In this document: one piece after another, positions 14,341 through 27,771 of the stretch
Layout: each line of letters opens with the position of its first letter
Position numbering within the stretch: the first letter of the stretch is position 1
Source: Azolla caroliniana
Lineage: Eukaryota; Plantae; Polypodiophyta
DNA: 64,000 nt
Assembly (NCBI GenBank): GCA_043228905.1
Contig: JBHGNT010000008.1
Span: forward strand, 62,001 to 126,000
Reading direction: 5' to 3'
Notes under the pieces: generated by a model
What the model saw: the letters and a program-made list of their open reading frames with translations, nothing else
What the model was told of the DNA's origin: nothing
The model's database searches: none
Position numbers and translations under genes: made by a program

Positions 14341-14699
14341 TAAAATGTTCATACCTGGCCCACGTGATATCGGATTTTAGTGTACAAACATAGAAATCGA
14401 AGCTAACAAGGCTAGCTATGATATGTAATTAAAAAATCAAGGTTTTGAAACTCAGGTCGAGAGACATGAAGAAATTACCAAATTAGACGAGGGAGTAGAG
14501 AAGAGGCCGAGAGTAAATTAAAATGGTCATACCTGGCCCATGTGATATCGGATTTTAGTGTTCAAATATGAGAATCGAAGCTAATAAAGGTACCCATGAT
14601 ATGGATTTAAAAAATCAAGATTTTGAATCTCAGTTCGAGAGACATGAATAAATTACCATATTTGAGGAGGGAGTTGAGAAGAGCCCGAGAGTAAATTAA

Positions 14700-15720
14700 A
14701 ATGTTCATACCTGGCCCATGTGATATCAGATTTTAGTGTTCAAACATACGAATCGAAGCTAACAAGGCTAGCTATGATATCGAATTAAAAAATCAAGCTC
14801 TTGAAACTCACGTCGAGAGACATGAAGGAATTACCAAATGAGAGGAGGGAGTTGAGAAGAGCCCGAAAGTAAATTAAAATGTTCATACCTGACCCATATG
14901 CGAATGGAGGCTAACAACGCTAGCTATCATATGGAATGAAAAAATCAATATTTTGAAACTCAGGTCGAGAGACATGAAGAAATTTGCAAATTAGAGGAGG
15001 GAGTAGATAAGAGCCCGAGAGTAAATTAAAATGTTTAAACCTGGCCCATGTGATATCGGATTTTAGCGTTCAAACATGCGAATCGAAGCTAATAAAGGTA
15101 CCTATGATATGCAATTAAAAAATCAAGGTTTTGAAACTCAGGTCGAGAGACATGAAGAAATTACCAAATTAGAGGAGGGAGTAGAGAAGAGGCGGAGAGT
15201 AAATTAAAATGTTCATACCTGGCCCATGTGATATCGGATTTTAGTGTTCAGCCATGCGAATCGAAGCTAACAAGGCTAGCTATGATATCGAATTAAAAAA
15301 TTAAGCTCTTGAAACTCACGTCGAGAGACATGAAAAAATTACCAAATGAGAGGAGGGAGTTGAGAAGAGCCCGAGAGTAAATTAAAATGTTCATACCTGA
15401 CCCAGATATGCGAATCGAGGCTAACAACGCTAGCTATCATATGGAATGAAAAAATCAAGCTTTTGAAACTCAGGTCGAGAGACATGAAGAAATTTGCAAA
15501 TTAGAGGAGGGAGTAGATAAGAGCCCGAGAGTAAATTAAAATGTTTAGACCTGGCCCATGTGATATCGGATTTTAGCGTTCAAACATGCGAATCGAAGCT
15601 AACAAAGGTACCTATGATATGCAATTAAAAAATCAAGGTTTTGAAACTCAGGTCGAGAGACATGAAGAAATTACCAAATTAGAGGAGGGAGTAGAGAAGA
15701 GGCGGAGAGTAAATTAAAAT
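14700..15720 (+). repeat. ~508-bp trimer HOR carrying a 26-bp deletion
   Basis: CCTGACCCA(GA)TATGCG (~14888/15396), TTTAGCGTT and GGCGGAGAG recur at ~508-510 bp (3x178 minus the deletion). Confidence 0.75.
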
Positions 15721-18700
15721 ATTCATACCTGGCCCATGTGATATCGGATTTTATTGTTCAGCCATGCGAATTAAAGCTAACCAAGCTACCTATGATATGG
15801 AATTAAAAAATCAAGATTTTCAAACTCAGGTCGAGAGATATGAAGAAATTGTCAAATTTGAGGAGGGAGTTGAGAAGAGCGCGTGAGTAAATTAAAATGT
15901 TCATACCTGGCCCATGTAATATAGCATTTTAGTGTTCAAACTTGCGAATGGAAGCTAACAAAGCTACCTATGAAGAAATTACCAAATTAGAGGAGGGAGT
16001 TGAGAAGAGTGCGTGAGTAAATTAAAATGGTCATACCTGGCCCATGTGATATCGGACTTTAGTGTTCAAATATGCGAATCGAAGCTAACAAATCTACCTA
16101 TGATATGGAATTAAAAAATCAAGATTTTGAAACTCAGGTCGAGAGACATGAAGACATTCCCAAATTTGAGGAGGGAGTATAGAAGAGCCCGAGAGTGAAT
16201 TAAAATGTTCATACCTGGCCCATGTGATATCAGATTTTAGTGTTCAAACATACGAATCGAAGCTAACAAGGCTAGCTATGATATCGAATTAAAAAATCAA
16301 GCTCTTGAAACTCACGTCGAGAGACATGAAGGAACTACCAAATGACAGGAGGGAGTTGAGAAGAGCCCGAAAGTAAATTAAAATGTTCATACCTGACCCA
16401 TATGCGAATCGAGGCTAACAACGCTAGCTATCATATGGAATGAAAAAATCAAGCTTTTGAAACTCAGGTCAAGAGACATCAAGAAATTTGCAAATTAGAG
16501 GACGGAGTAGAGAAGAGGCCGAGAGTAAATTAAAATGTTTAGACCTGGCCCATGTGATATCGGATTTTAGCGTTCAAACATGCGAATCGAAGCTAACAAA
16601 GCTAGCTATCATATGGAATTAAAAAATCAAGATTTTCAAACTCAGGTCGAGAGATATGAAGAAATTGTCAAATTTGAGGAGGGAGTTTAGAAGAGCGCGT
16701 GAGTAAATTAAAATGTTCATACCTGGCCCATGTAATATAGGATTTTAGTGTTCAAACTTGCGAATGGAAGCTAACAAAGCTACCTATGAAGAAATTACCA
16801 AATTAGAGAAGGGAGTTGAGAAGAGCGCGTGAGTAAATTAAAATGTTCATACCTGGCCCATGTGATATCGGATTTTAGTGTTCAAATATGCGAATCGAAG
16901 CTAACAAAGGTACCTATGATATCGGATTTTAGTGTTCAAATATGCTAATCGAAGCTAACAAAGGTACCTATGATATCGAATTAAAAAATCAAAATTTTGA
17001 AACTCAGGTCGAGAGACATGAAGACATTCCCAAATTAGAGGAGGGAGTAGAGAGGAGCCCGAGAGTAAATTAAAATGTTCATACCTGGCCCATGTGATAT
17101 CGGATTTTAGTGTTTAAATATGCGAATGGAAGCTAACAATACAAGCTATGTTATGGAATTCAAAAATCAAGATTCTGAAACTAAGGTCGAGAGACATAAA
17201 GAAATTCCCAAATTAGAGGAGGGAGTAGAGAAGAGCCCAAGAGTAAATTAAAATGTTTAGACCTAGCCCATGTGATATGGGATTTTAGTGTTTAAACATG
17301 CGAATCGAAGCTAGCAAAGATAGCAATAATATGGAATTAAAAACTCAAGATTTTCAAACTTAGGTCGAGAGTTATTAAGAAATTACCAAATTTGAGGAGG
17401 GAGTTGAGAAGAGCGCGTGAGTAAATTAAAATGTTCATACCTGGCCCATGTGATATAGGATTTTAGTGTTCAAACATGCGAATCGAAGCTAACAATGCTA
17501 GCTATGATATGGGATTAAAAAATCAAGGTTTTGAAACTCACGTCGAGAGACGTGAAGAAATTCCCAAATTAGAGGAGGGAGTTGAGAAGAGCCCGAGAGT
17601 AAATTAAAATGTTTAGACCTGGCCCATGTGATATCGGATTTTAGTGTTTAAACATGCGAATCGAAGCTAACTAAGCTACCTATGATATGGAATAAAAAAT
17701 CAGGATTTTGAAAATCAGGTCGAGAGACATGAAGAAATTACCAAATTTGAGGAGGGAGTTGAGAAGAGCGTGTGAGTAAATTAAAATGTTCATACTTGGC
17801 CCATGTGATATCCGATTTTAGTGTTCAAACATACGAATCGAAGCTAACAAGGCTAGCTATGATATGGAATTAAAAAATCAAGATTTTGAAACTCAAGTTG
17901 AGAGACATGAAGAAATTCCCAAATTAGAGGAGGGAGTAGATAAGAGCCCGAGAGTAAATTAAAATGTTTAGACCTAGCCATGGTGATATCGGATTTTAGT
18001 GTTTAAACATGCGAATCGAAGCTAACAAAGGTACCTATGATATGCAATTAAAAAATCAAGATTTCGGAACTCAGGTCGAGAGATATGACAAAATTACCAA
18101 ATTTGAGGAGGGAGTTGAGAAGAGCGCGTGAGTAAATTAAAATGTTCAGACCTGGCCCATCTGATATAGAATTTTAGTGTTCAAACATGAGAATCGAAGC
18201 TAACAATGCAAGCTATGATATGGAATTACAAAATCAAGATTTTCAAACACAGGTCGAGAGACATGAAGAAATTACCCAATTTGAGAAGGGAGTTGAGAAG
18301 AGCCCGAGAGTAAATTAAAATGTTCATACCTGGCCCATATGATATCAGATTTTAGTGTTTAAATATGCGAATCGAAGCTAACAATGCGAGCTATGTTATG
18401 GAATTAAAAAATCCAGATGTTGAAACTCAGATCGAGAGACATGAAGAAACTCCCAAATTAGAGGAGGGAGTAGAGAAGAGGCCGAGAGTAAATTAAAATG
18501 TTCATACCTGGCCCATGTGATATCGGATTTTAGTGTTCGAATATGTGAATCGAAGCTAACAGAGGTACCTATGATATGGAATTACAAAATCAAGATTCTG
18601 AAAATCAGGTCGAGAGACATGAAGAAATTACCACATTAGAGGAGGGAGTTGAGAAGAGCGCGTGAGTAAATTAAAATGTTCATACCTGGCCCATGTGATA

Positions 18701-21700
18701 TCGGATTTTAGTGTTCAAATATGCGAATCGAAGGTAACAAAGCTACCTATGATATCGAAGTAAAAAATAGAGATTTTGAAACTCAGGTCTAGAGACATGA
18801 AGACATTCCCAAATTTGAGGAGGGAGTATAGAAGAGCCCGAGAGTAAATGAAAATGTTCATACCTGGCCCATGTGATATCGGATTTTAGTGTTCAGACAT
18901 ACGAATCGAAGCTAACAAGGCTAGCTATGATATCGAATTAAAAAATCAAGCTCTTGAAACTCACGTCGAGAGACATGAAGAAATTACCAAATGAGAGGAG
19001 GGAGTTGAGAAGAGCCCGAGAGTAAATTAAAATGTTCATACCTGACCCATATGATATCGGATTTTAGTGTTCAAATATGCGAATCGAGGCTAACAACGCT
19101 AGCTATGACATGGAATGAAAAAATCAAGCTTTTGAAACTCAGGTCGAGAGACATGAAGAAATTTGCAAATTAGAGGAGGGAGTAGATAAGAGCCCGAGAG
19201 TAAATTAAAATGTTTAGACCTGGCCCATGTGATATCGGATTTTAGTGTTCAAACATGCGAATCGAAGCTAACAAAGGTACCTATGATATGCAATTAAAAA
19301 ATCAAGATTTTGGAACTCAGGTCGAGAGATATGACAAAATTACCAAATTTGAGGAGGGAGTTGAGAAGAGCGCGTGAGTAAATTAAAATGTTCAGACCTG
19401 GCCCATGTGATATAGAATTTTAGTGGTCAAACCTGAGAATCGAAGATAACAAAGCTACCTATGATCTGGAATTATAAAATCAAGCTTTTGAAACTCAGGT
19501 CCAGAGACATGAAGAAATTACCAAATTAGAGGAGGGAGTTGAGAAGAGCCCGAGAGTAAATTAAAATGTTCATACCTGGCCCATGTGATATCGGATTTTA
19601 GTGTTCAACCATACGAATCGAAGCTAACAAGGCTAGCTATGATATGGAATTAAAAAATCAAGGTTTTAAAACTCACGCCGAGAGTAAATTAAAATGTTCA
19701 TAACTGGCCCATTGAATATCGGATTTTAGTGTTCAAACAGGCGAATCGATGCTAACAATGCTAGCTATGATATGGAATTATAAAATGAAGATTTTGAAAC
19801 TCAGGTCGAGAGACATGAAGAAATTACCAAATTAGAGGAGGGATTGAGAAGAGCCCGAGAGTAAATTAAAATGTTCATACCTGGCCCATGTGATATCGGA
19901 TTTTAGTGTTCAAACATGAGAATCGAAGCTAACAATGCTAGCTATGATATGGAATTAAAAAATCAATGTTTTGAAACTCAGGTCGAGAGCCATGAAGAAA
20001 TTACCAAATTAGAGGAGGGAGTAGAGAAGAGCCCGAGAGTAAATTAAAATGTTCATACCTGGCCCATGTGATATCGGATTTTAGTGTTCAAATATGCGAA
20101 TCGAAGCTAACAATGCGAGCTATGACATGGAAATCAAAAATCAAGATTTTGAAACTCAGGTCGAGAGACATGAAGAAATTACCAAATTAGAGGAGGGAGT
20201 TGAGAAGAGCCCGAGAGTAAATTAAAATGTTCATACCTGGCCCATGTGATATCGGATTTTAGTGTTTAAACATGCGAATCGAAGCTAGCAAAGCTACCTA
20301 TGATATGGAATTAAAAAATCAAGCTTTTGAAACTCACGTCGAGAGACATGAAGAAATTCCCAAATTAGAGGAGGGCGTTGAGAAGTGCGCGTGAGTAAAT
20401 TAAAATGTTCATACCTGGCCCATGTGATATCGGATTTTAGTGTTCAAACATACGAATCGAAGCTAACAAGGCTAGCTATGATATCGAATTAAAAAATCAA
20501 GCTCTTGAAACTCACGTCGAGAGACATGAAGAAATTACCAAATGAGAGGAGGGAGTTGAGAAGAGCCCGAGAGTAAATTAAAATGTTCATACCTGACCCA
20601 TATGATATCGGATTTTAGTTTTCAAATATGCAATTGGAAGCTATCAAAGCTACCTATGATATGCAATTAAAAAATCAAGATTTTGAAACTCAGGTCGAGA
20701 GACATGAAGACATTCCCAAATTTGAGGAGGGAGTATAGAAGAGCCCGAGAGTAAATTAAAATGTTCATACCTGGCCCATGTGATATCGGATTTTAGTGTT
20801 CAAACTTGCGAATGGTAGCTAACAAAGCTACCTATGATATGGAATTAAAAAATCAAGATTTTGAGACTCAGGTCGCGAGAAATGAAGAAATTACCAAATT
20901 TGAGGAGGGAGTTGAGAAGAGCGCGTGAGTAAATTAAAATGTTCATACCTGGCCCATGTGATATCCGATGTTAGTGTTCAAATATGCGAATGGAAGCTAA
21001 CAAAGGTACCTATGTTATGGATTTCAAATTACAAGATTTTGAAACTCAGGTTGAGAGACATGAAGACATTCCCAAATTAGAGGAGGGAGTAGAGAGGAGC
21101 CCGAGGGTAAATTAAATGTTCATACGTGGCCCATGTGATATCGGATTTTATTGTTCAGCCATGCGAATTAAAGCTAACGAAGCTACCTATGATATGGAAT
21201 TAAAAAATCAAGATTTTGAAACTCAGGTCGAGAGATATGACAAAATTCCCGAATTAGAGCAGGGAGTAGAGAAGAGCCCGAGAGTAAATTAAAATGTTTA
21301 GACTTGGCCAATGTGATATCGGATTTTATTGTTTAAACATGCGAATGGAAGCTAACAAAGCTACCTATGATATGGAATAAAAAATCAAGATTTTGAAACT
21401 CAGGTCGAGAGACATGAAGAAATTACCCAATTTCAGGAGGGAGTTGAGAAGAGCCCGAGAGTTAATTAAAATGTTCATACCTAGCCCATGTGATATCGGA
21501 TTTTAGTGTTCAAACATTCGAATCGAAGCTAACAAGGCTAGCTATGATATCGAATTAAAAAATGAAGGTTTTGAAACTCAGGTCCAGAGACATGAAGAAA
21601 TTCCCAAATTAGAGGAGGGATTAGAGAAGAGCCCGAGAGTAAATTAAAATGTTTAGACCTAGCCCATGTGATATCGGATTTTAGTGTTTAAACATGCGAA

Positions 21701-24700
21701 TCGAAGCTAGCAAAGCTAGCTATGATATGAAATTAAAAAATGAAGAGTTTGAAACTCAGGTCGAGAGAAATGAAGAAATTCCAAAATTAGAGGAGGGAGT
21801 AGAGAAGAGCCCGAGAGTAAATTAAACTGTTCATACCTGGCCCATGTGATATCGGATTTTAGTGTTCAAACATGCGAATCGAAGCTAGCAAAGCTACCTA
21901 TGATATGGAATTAAAAAATCAAGCTTTTGAAACTCACGTAGAGAGACATGAAGAAATAATCAAAATTGAGGAGGGAGTTGAGAAGAGCCCGAGAGTAAAT
22001 TAAAATGTTCATACCTGGCCCATGTGGTATCAGATTTTAGTGTTCAAACATACGAATCGAAGCTACCAAGGCTAGCTATGATATAGAATTAAAAAATCTA
22101 AGTTTTGAAACTCAGGTCGAGAGACATGAAGAAATTCCAAATTCGAGGAGGGAGTAGAGAAGAGCCCGAGAGTAAATTAAAATGTTTAGACTTGGCCAAT
22201 ATGATATCGGATTTGAGTGTTTAAACATGCGAATGGAAGCTAACAAAGCTACCTATGATATGGAATAAAAAATCAAGATTTTCAAACTCAGGTCGAGAGA
22301 CATGAAGAAATTACCAAATTTGAGGAGGGCGTTGAGAAGAGCGCGTGAGTAAATTAAAATGTTCATACCTGGCCCATGTGATATAGGACTTTAGTGTTCA
22401 AACATGCGAATCGAAGCTAACAATGGTAGCTAGAATATGGCATTAAAAAATCAAGCTTTTGAAACTCAGGTCGAGAGACATGAAGAAATTACCAAATTAG
22501 AGGAGGGAGTTGAGAAGAGCCCAAGAGTAAATTAAAATGTTCATACCTGGCCCATGTGATATCGGATTTGAGTGTTCAAACATGCGAATCGAAGCTAACA
22601 ATGCTAGCTATGATATGGCATTAGAAAATCAAGCTTTTGAAACTCAGGTCGAGAGACATGAAGAAATTACCAAATTAGAGGAGGGAGTTGAGAAGAGCCC
22701 GAGAGTAAATTAAAATGTTCATACCTGGCCCATGTGATATCGGATTTTAGTGTTCAAACATGCGAATCGAAGCTAACAATGCTAACTGAGATATGGAATT
22801 AAAAAATCAAGCTTTTGAAACTCAGGTCGAGAGACATGAAGAAATTACCAAAGTTGAGGAGGGAGTTGAGAAGAGCCCGAGAGTAAATTAAAATGTTCAT
22901 ACCTGTCCCATGTGATATCCGATTTTAGTGTTCAAACATTTGAATCGAAGCTTACAATGTTAGCTATCATATGGAAGTATAAAATAAGGATTTTGAAACT
23001 CACGTTCAGAGACATGAAGAAATAACCAAATTTGAGGAGGGAGTTGAGAAGAGCCTGAGAGTAAATTAAAATGTTCATACCTGGCCCATGTGATATCGGA
23101 TTTTAGTGTTCAAACATGCGAATCGAAGCTAACAACGGTAGCTATGATATCGAATTAAAAAATCAAGATTTTGAAACTCAAGTCGAGAGACATGAAGAAA
23201 TTACCAAATTAAAGGAGGCATTGAGAAGAGCGCATGAGTAAATTAAAATGTTCATACCTGGCCCATGTGATATAGGATTTTAGTCTTCAAACATGCGAAT
23301 CGAAGCTAACAATGCTACCTATGATATGTACTTAGAAAATCAATCTTTTGAAACTCATGTCGAAAGACATGAAGAAATTACCAAATTAGAGGAAGGAGTA
23401 GAGAAGAGGCCGAGAGTAAATTAAAATGTTCATAACTGGCCCATTGAATATCGGATTTTAGTGTTCAAACAGGCGAATCGATGCTAACACTGCTAGCTAT
23501 GATATGGAATTATAAAATCAAGATTTTGAAACTCAGGTCGAGAGACATGAAGAAATTACCAAATTAGAGGAGGGATTGAGAAGAGCCCGAGAGTAAATTA
23601 AAATGTTCATACCTGGCCCATGTGATATCGGATTTTAGTGTTCAAACATGGGAATCGAAGCTAACAATGCTAGCTATGATATGGAATTAAAAAATCAATG
23701 TTTTGAAACTCAGGTCGAGAGCCATGAAGAAATTACCAAATTAGAGGAGGGAGTAGAGAAGAGCCCGAGAGTAAATTAAAATGTTCATACCTGGCCCATG
23801 TGATATCGGATTTTAGTGTACAAATATGCGAATCGAAGCTAACAATGCGAGCTATGTTATGGAAATCAAAAATCAAGATTTTGAAACTCAGGTCGAGAGA
23901 CATGAAGAAATTACCAAATTAGAGGAGGGAGTTGAGAAGAGCCCGAGAGTAAATTAAAATGTTCATACCTGGCCCATGTGATATCGGATTTTAGTGTTTA
24001 AACATGCGAATCGAAGCTAGCAAAGCTACCTATGATATGGAATTAAAAAATCAAGGTTTTGAAACTCACGTCGAGAGACATGAAGAAATTCCCAAATTAG
24101 AGGAGGGAGTTGAGAAGAGCCCGAGAGTAAATTAAAATGTTCATACCTGTCCCATGTGATATTGGATTTTAGTGTTCAAACATTTGAATCGAAGCTTACA
24201 ATGTTAGCTATCATATGGAAGTAAAAAATAAGGATTTTGAAACTCACGTTGAGAGACATGAAGAAATAACCAAATTTGAGGAGGTAGTTGAGAAGAGCCC
24301 GAGAGTAAATTAAAATGTTCATACCTGGCCCATGTTATATCAGATTTTAGTGTTCAAATATGAGAATCGAAGCTAACAAAGGTACCCATGATATGGAATT
24401 AAAAAATCAAGATTTTGAATCTCAGGTCGAGAGACATGAAGACATTCCCAAATTAGAGGAGGGAGTAGAGAGGAGCTCGAGAGTAAATTAAAATGTTCAT
24501 ACCTGGCCCATGTGATATCGGATTTTAGTGTTCAAATATGCGAATCGAAGCTAACAAAGGTACCTATGATATGGAATTAAAAAATCAAGGTTCTGAAACT
24601 CAGGTCGAGAGACATGAAGAAATTACCAAATTAGAGGAGGGAGTAGAGAAGAGGCCGAGAGTAAATTAAAATGTTCATACCTGGCCCATGTGATATCGGA

Positions 24701-27700
24701 TTTTAGTGTTTAAACATGCGAATCGAAGCTAGCAAAGCTACCTATGATATGGAATTAAAAAATCAAGCTTTTGAAACTCACGTCGAGAGACATGAAGAAA
24801 TTACCAAATTTGAGGAGGGAGTTGAGAAGAGCCCGAGAGTAAATTAAAATGTTCATACCTGGCCCATGTGATATCAGATTTTAGTGTTCAAACATAAGAA
24901 TCGAAGCTAACAAGGCTAGCTATGATATAGAATTAAAAAATGTAGGTTTTGAAACTCAGGTCAAGAGACATGAAGAAATTCCGAAATTAGAGGAGGGAGT
25001 AGAGAAGAGCCCGAGAGTAAATTAAAATGTTTAGACTTGGCCAATGTGATATCGGATTTGAGTGTTTAAACATGCGAATGGAAGCTAACATGTTTAGGCT
25101 AGCTATGATATGGAATAAAAAATCAAGATTTTCAAACTCAGGTCGAGAGACATGAAGAAATTACCAAATTTGAGGAGGGAGTTTAGAAGAGCGCGTGAGT
25201 AAATTAAAATGTTCATACCTGGCCCATGTGATATAGGATTTTAGTGTTCAAACATGCGAATCGAAGCTAACAATGCTAGCTATAATATGGAATTAAAAAA
25301 TCAAGATTTTCAAACTCAGGTCGAGAGACATGAAGAAATTCCAAAATTAGAGGAGGGAGTAGAGAAGAGCCCGAGAGTAAATTAAAATGTTCATACCTGG
25401 CCCATGTGATATCGGATTTTAGTGTTCAAACATACGAATCGAAGCTAACAAGTCTAGCTATGATATCCAATTAAAAAATGAAGGTTTTGAAACTCAGGTC
25501 GAGAGACATGAAGAAATTACCAAATTAGAGGAGGGAGTAGAGAAGAGCCCGAGAGTAAATTAAAATGTTCATACCTGGCCCATGTGATATCGGATTTTTG
25601 TGTTCAAACATGCGAATCGAAGCTAACAATGCTACCTATGATATGGAATTAAAAAATGAAGCTTTTGAAACTCAGGTCGAGAGACATGAAGAAATTACCA
25701 AATTTGAGGAGGGAGTTGAGAAGAGCCCGAGAGTAAATTAAAATGTTCATACCTGTCCCATGTGATATTGGATTTTAGTGTTCAAACATTTGAATCGAAG
25801 CTTACAATGTTAGCTATCATATGGAAGTAAAAAATAAGGATTTTGAAACTCACGTTGAGAGATATGAAGAAATAACCAAATTTGAGGAGGGAGTTGAGGA
25901 GAGCCCGAGAGTAAATTCAAATGTTCATACCTGGCCCATGTTATATCGGATTTTAGTGTTCAAATATGCGAATCGAAGCTAACAATGCTAGCTATGATAT
26001 GGAATTAAAAAATCAATGTTTTGAAACTCAGGTTGAGAGACATGAAGAAATTACCAAATTAGAGGAGGGAGTAGAGAAGAGGCCGAGAGTAAATTAAAAT
26101 GTTCATACCTGGCCCATGTGATATCGGATTTTAGTGTTTAAACATGCGAATCGAAGCTAGCAAAGCTACCTATGATATGGAATTAAAAAATCAAGCTTTC
26201 GAAACTCACGTCGAGAGACATGAAGAAATAACCAAATTTGAGGAGGGAGTTGAGAAGAGCCCGAGAGTAAATTAAAATGTTCATACCTGGCCCATGTGAT
26301 ATCAGATTTTAGTGTTCAAACATAAGAATCGAAGCTAACAAGGCTAGCTATGATATAGAATTAAAAAATCTAGGTTTTGAAACTCAGGTCGAGAGACATG
26401 AAGAAATTCCCAAATTAGAGGAGGGAGTAGAGAAGAGCCCGAGAGTAAATTAAAATGTTTAGACTTGGCCAATGTGATATCGGATTTGAGTGTTTAAACA
26501 TGCGAATGGAAGCTAACAAAGCTACCTATGATATGGAATAAAAAATCAAGATTTTCAAACTCAGGTCGAGAGACATGAAGAAATTACCAAATTTGAGGAG
26601 GGAGTTGAGAAGAGCGCGTGAGTAAATTAAAATGTTCATACCTGGCCCATCTGATATAGGATTTTAGTGTTCAAAAATGGGAATCGAAGCTAACAATGCT
26701 AGCTATAATATGGAATTAAAAAATCAAGATTTTCAAACTCAGGTCGAGAGACATGAAGAAATTCCAAAATTAGAGGAGGGAGTAGAGAAGAGCCCGAGAG
26801 TAAATTAAAATGTTCATACCTGGCCCATGTGATATCGGATTTTAGTGTTCAAACATACAAATCAAAACTAACAAGTCTAGCTATGATATCGAATTAAAAA
26901 ATCAAGGTTTTGAAACTCAGGTCGAGAGACATGAAAAAATTACCAAATTAGAGGAGGGAGTAGAGAAGAGGCCGAGAGTAAATTAAAATGTTTATACCTG
27001 GCGCATGTGATATCGGATTTTTGTGTTCAAACATGCGAATCGAAGCTAGCAAAGCTACCTATTATATGGAATTCAAAAATCAAGCTTTTGAAACTCACGT
27101 CAAGAGACATGAAGAAATAACCAAATTTGAGGAGAGAGTTGAGAAGAGCCCGAGAGTAAATTAAAATGTTCATACCTGGCCCATGTGATATCGGATTTGA
27201 GTGTTCAAACATGCGAATCGAAGCTAACAATGCTAGCTATGATATGGAATTAGAAAATCAAGCTTTTGAAACTCAGGTCGAGAGATATGAAGAAATTACC
27301 AAATTTGAGGAGGGAGTTGAGAAGAGCCCGAGAGTAAATTAAAATGTTCATACCTTGCCCATGTGATATCGGATTTTTGTGTTCAAACATGCGAATCGAA
27401 GCTAACAATGCTACCTATGATATGGAATTAAAAAATCAAGCTTTCGAAACTCAGGTCGAAAGACATGAAGAAATTACCAAATTTGAGGAGGGAGTTGAGA
27501 AGAGCCCGAGAGTAGATTAAAATGTTCATACCTGTCCCATGTGATATTGGATTTTAGTGTTCAAACATTTGAATCTAAGCTTAAAATGTTAGCTATCATA
27601 TGGAAGTAAAAAATAAGGATTTTGAAACTCACGTTGAGAGATATGAAGAAATAACCAAATTTGAGGAGGGAGTTGAGAAGAGCCCGAGAGTAAATTCAAA

Positions 27701-27771
27701 TGTTCATACCTGGCCCATGTTATATCGGATTTTAGTGTTCAAATATGCGAATCGAAGCTAACAATGCTAGC

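Larger units (their letters stand above)
1..19660 (+). repeat. Left subfamily domain of the satellite
   Basis: Monomers are dominated by AACAAGGCTAGC / AACAAAGGTACC, ATGTTTAGAC(C/T)TGG and GAGCGCGTGAG variants. The CATAACTGGCCCATTGAAT and GAGGGATTGAG variants are not seen here. Confidence 0.75.
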
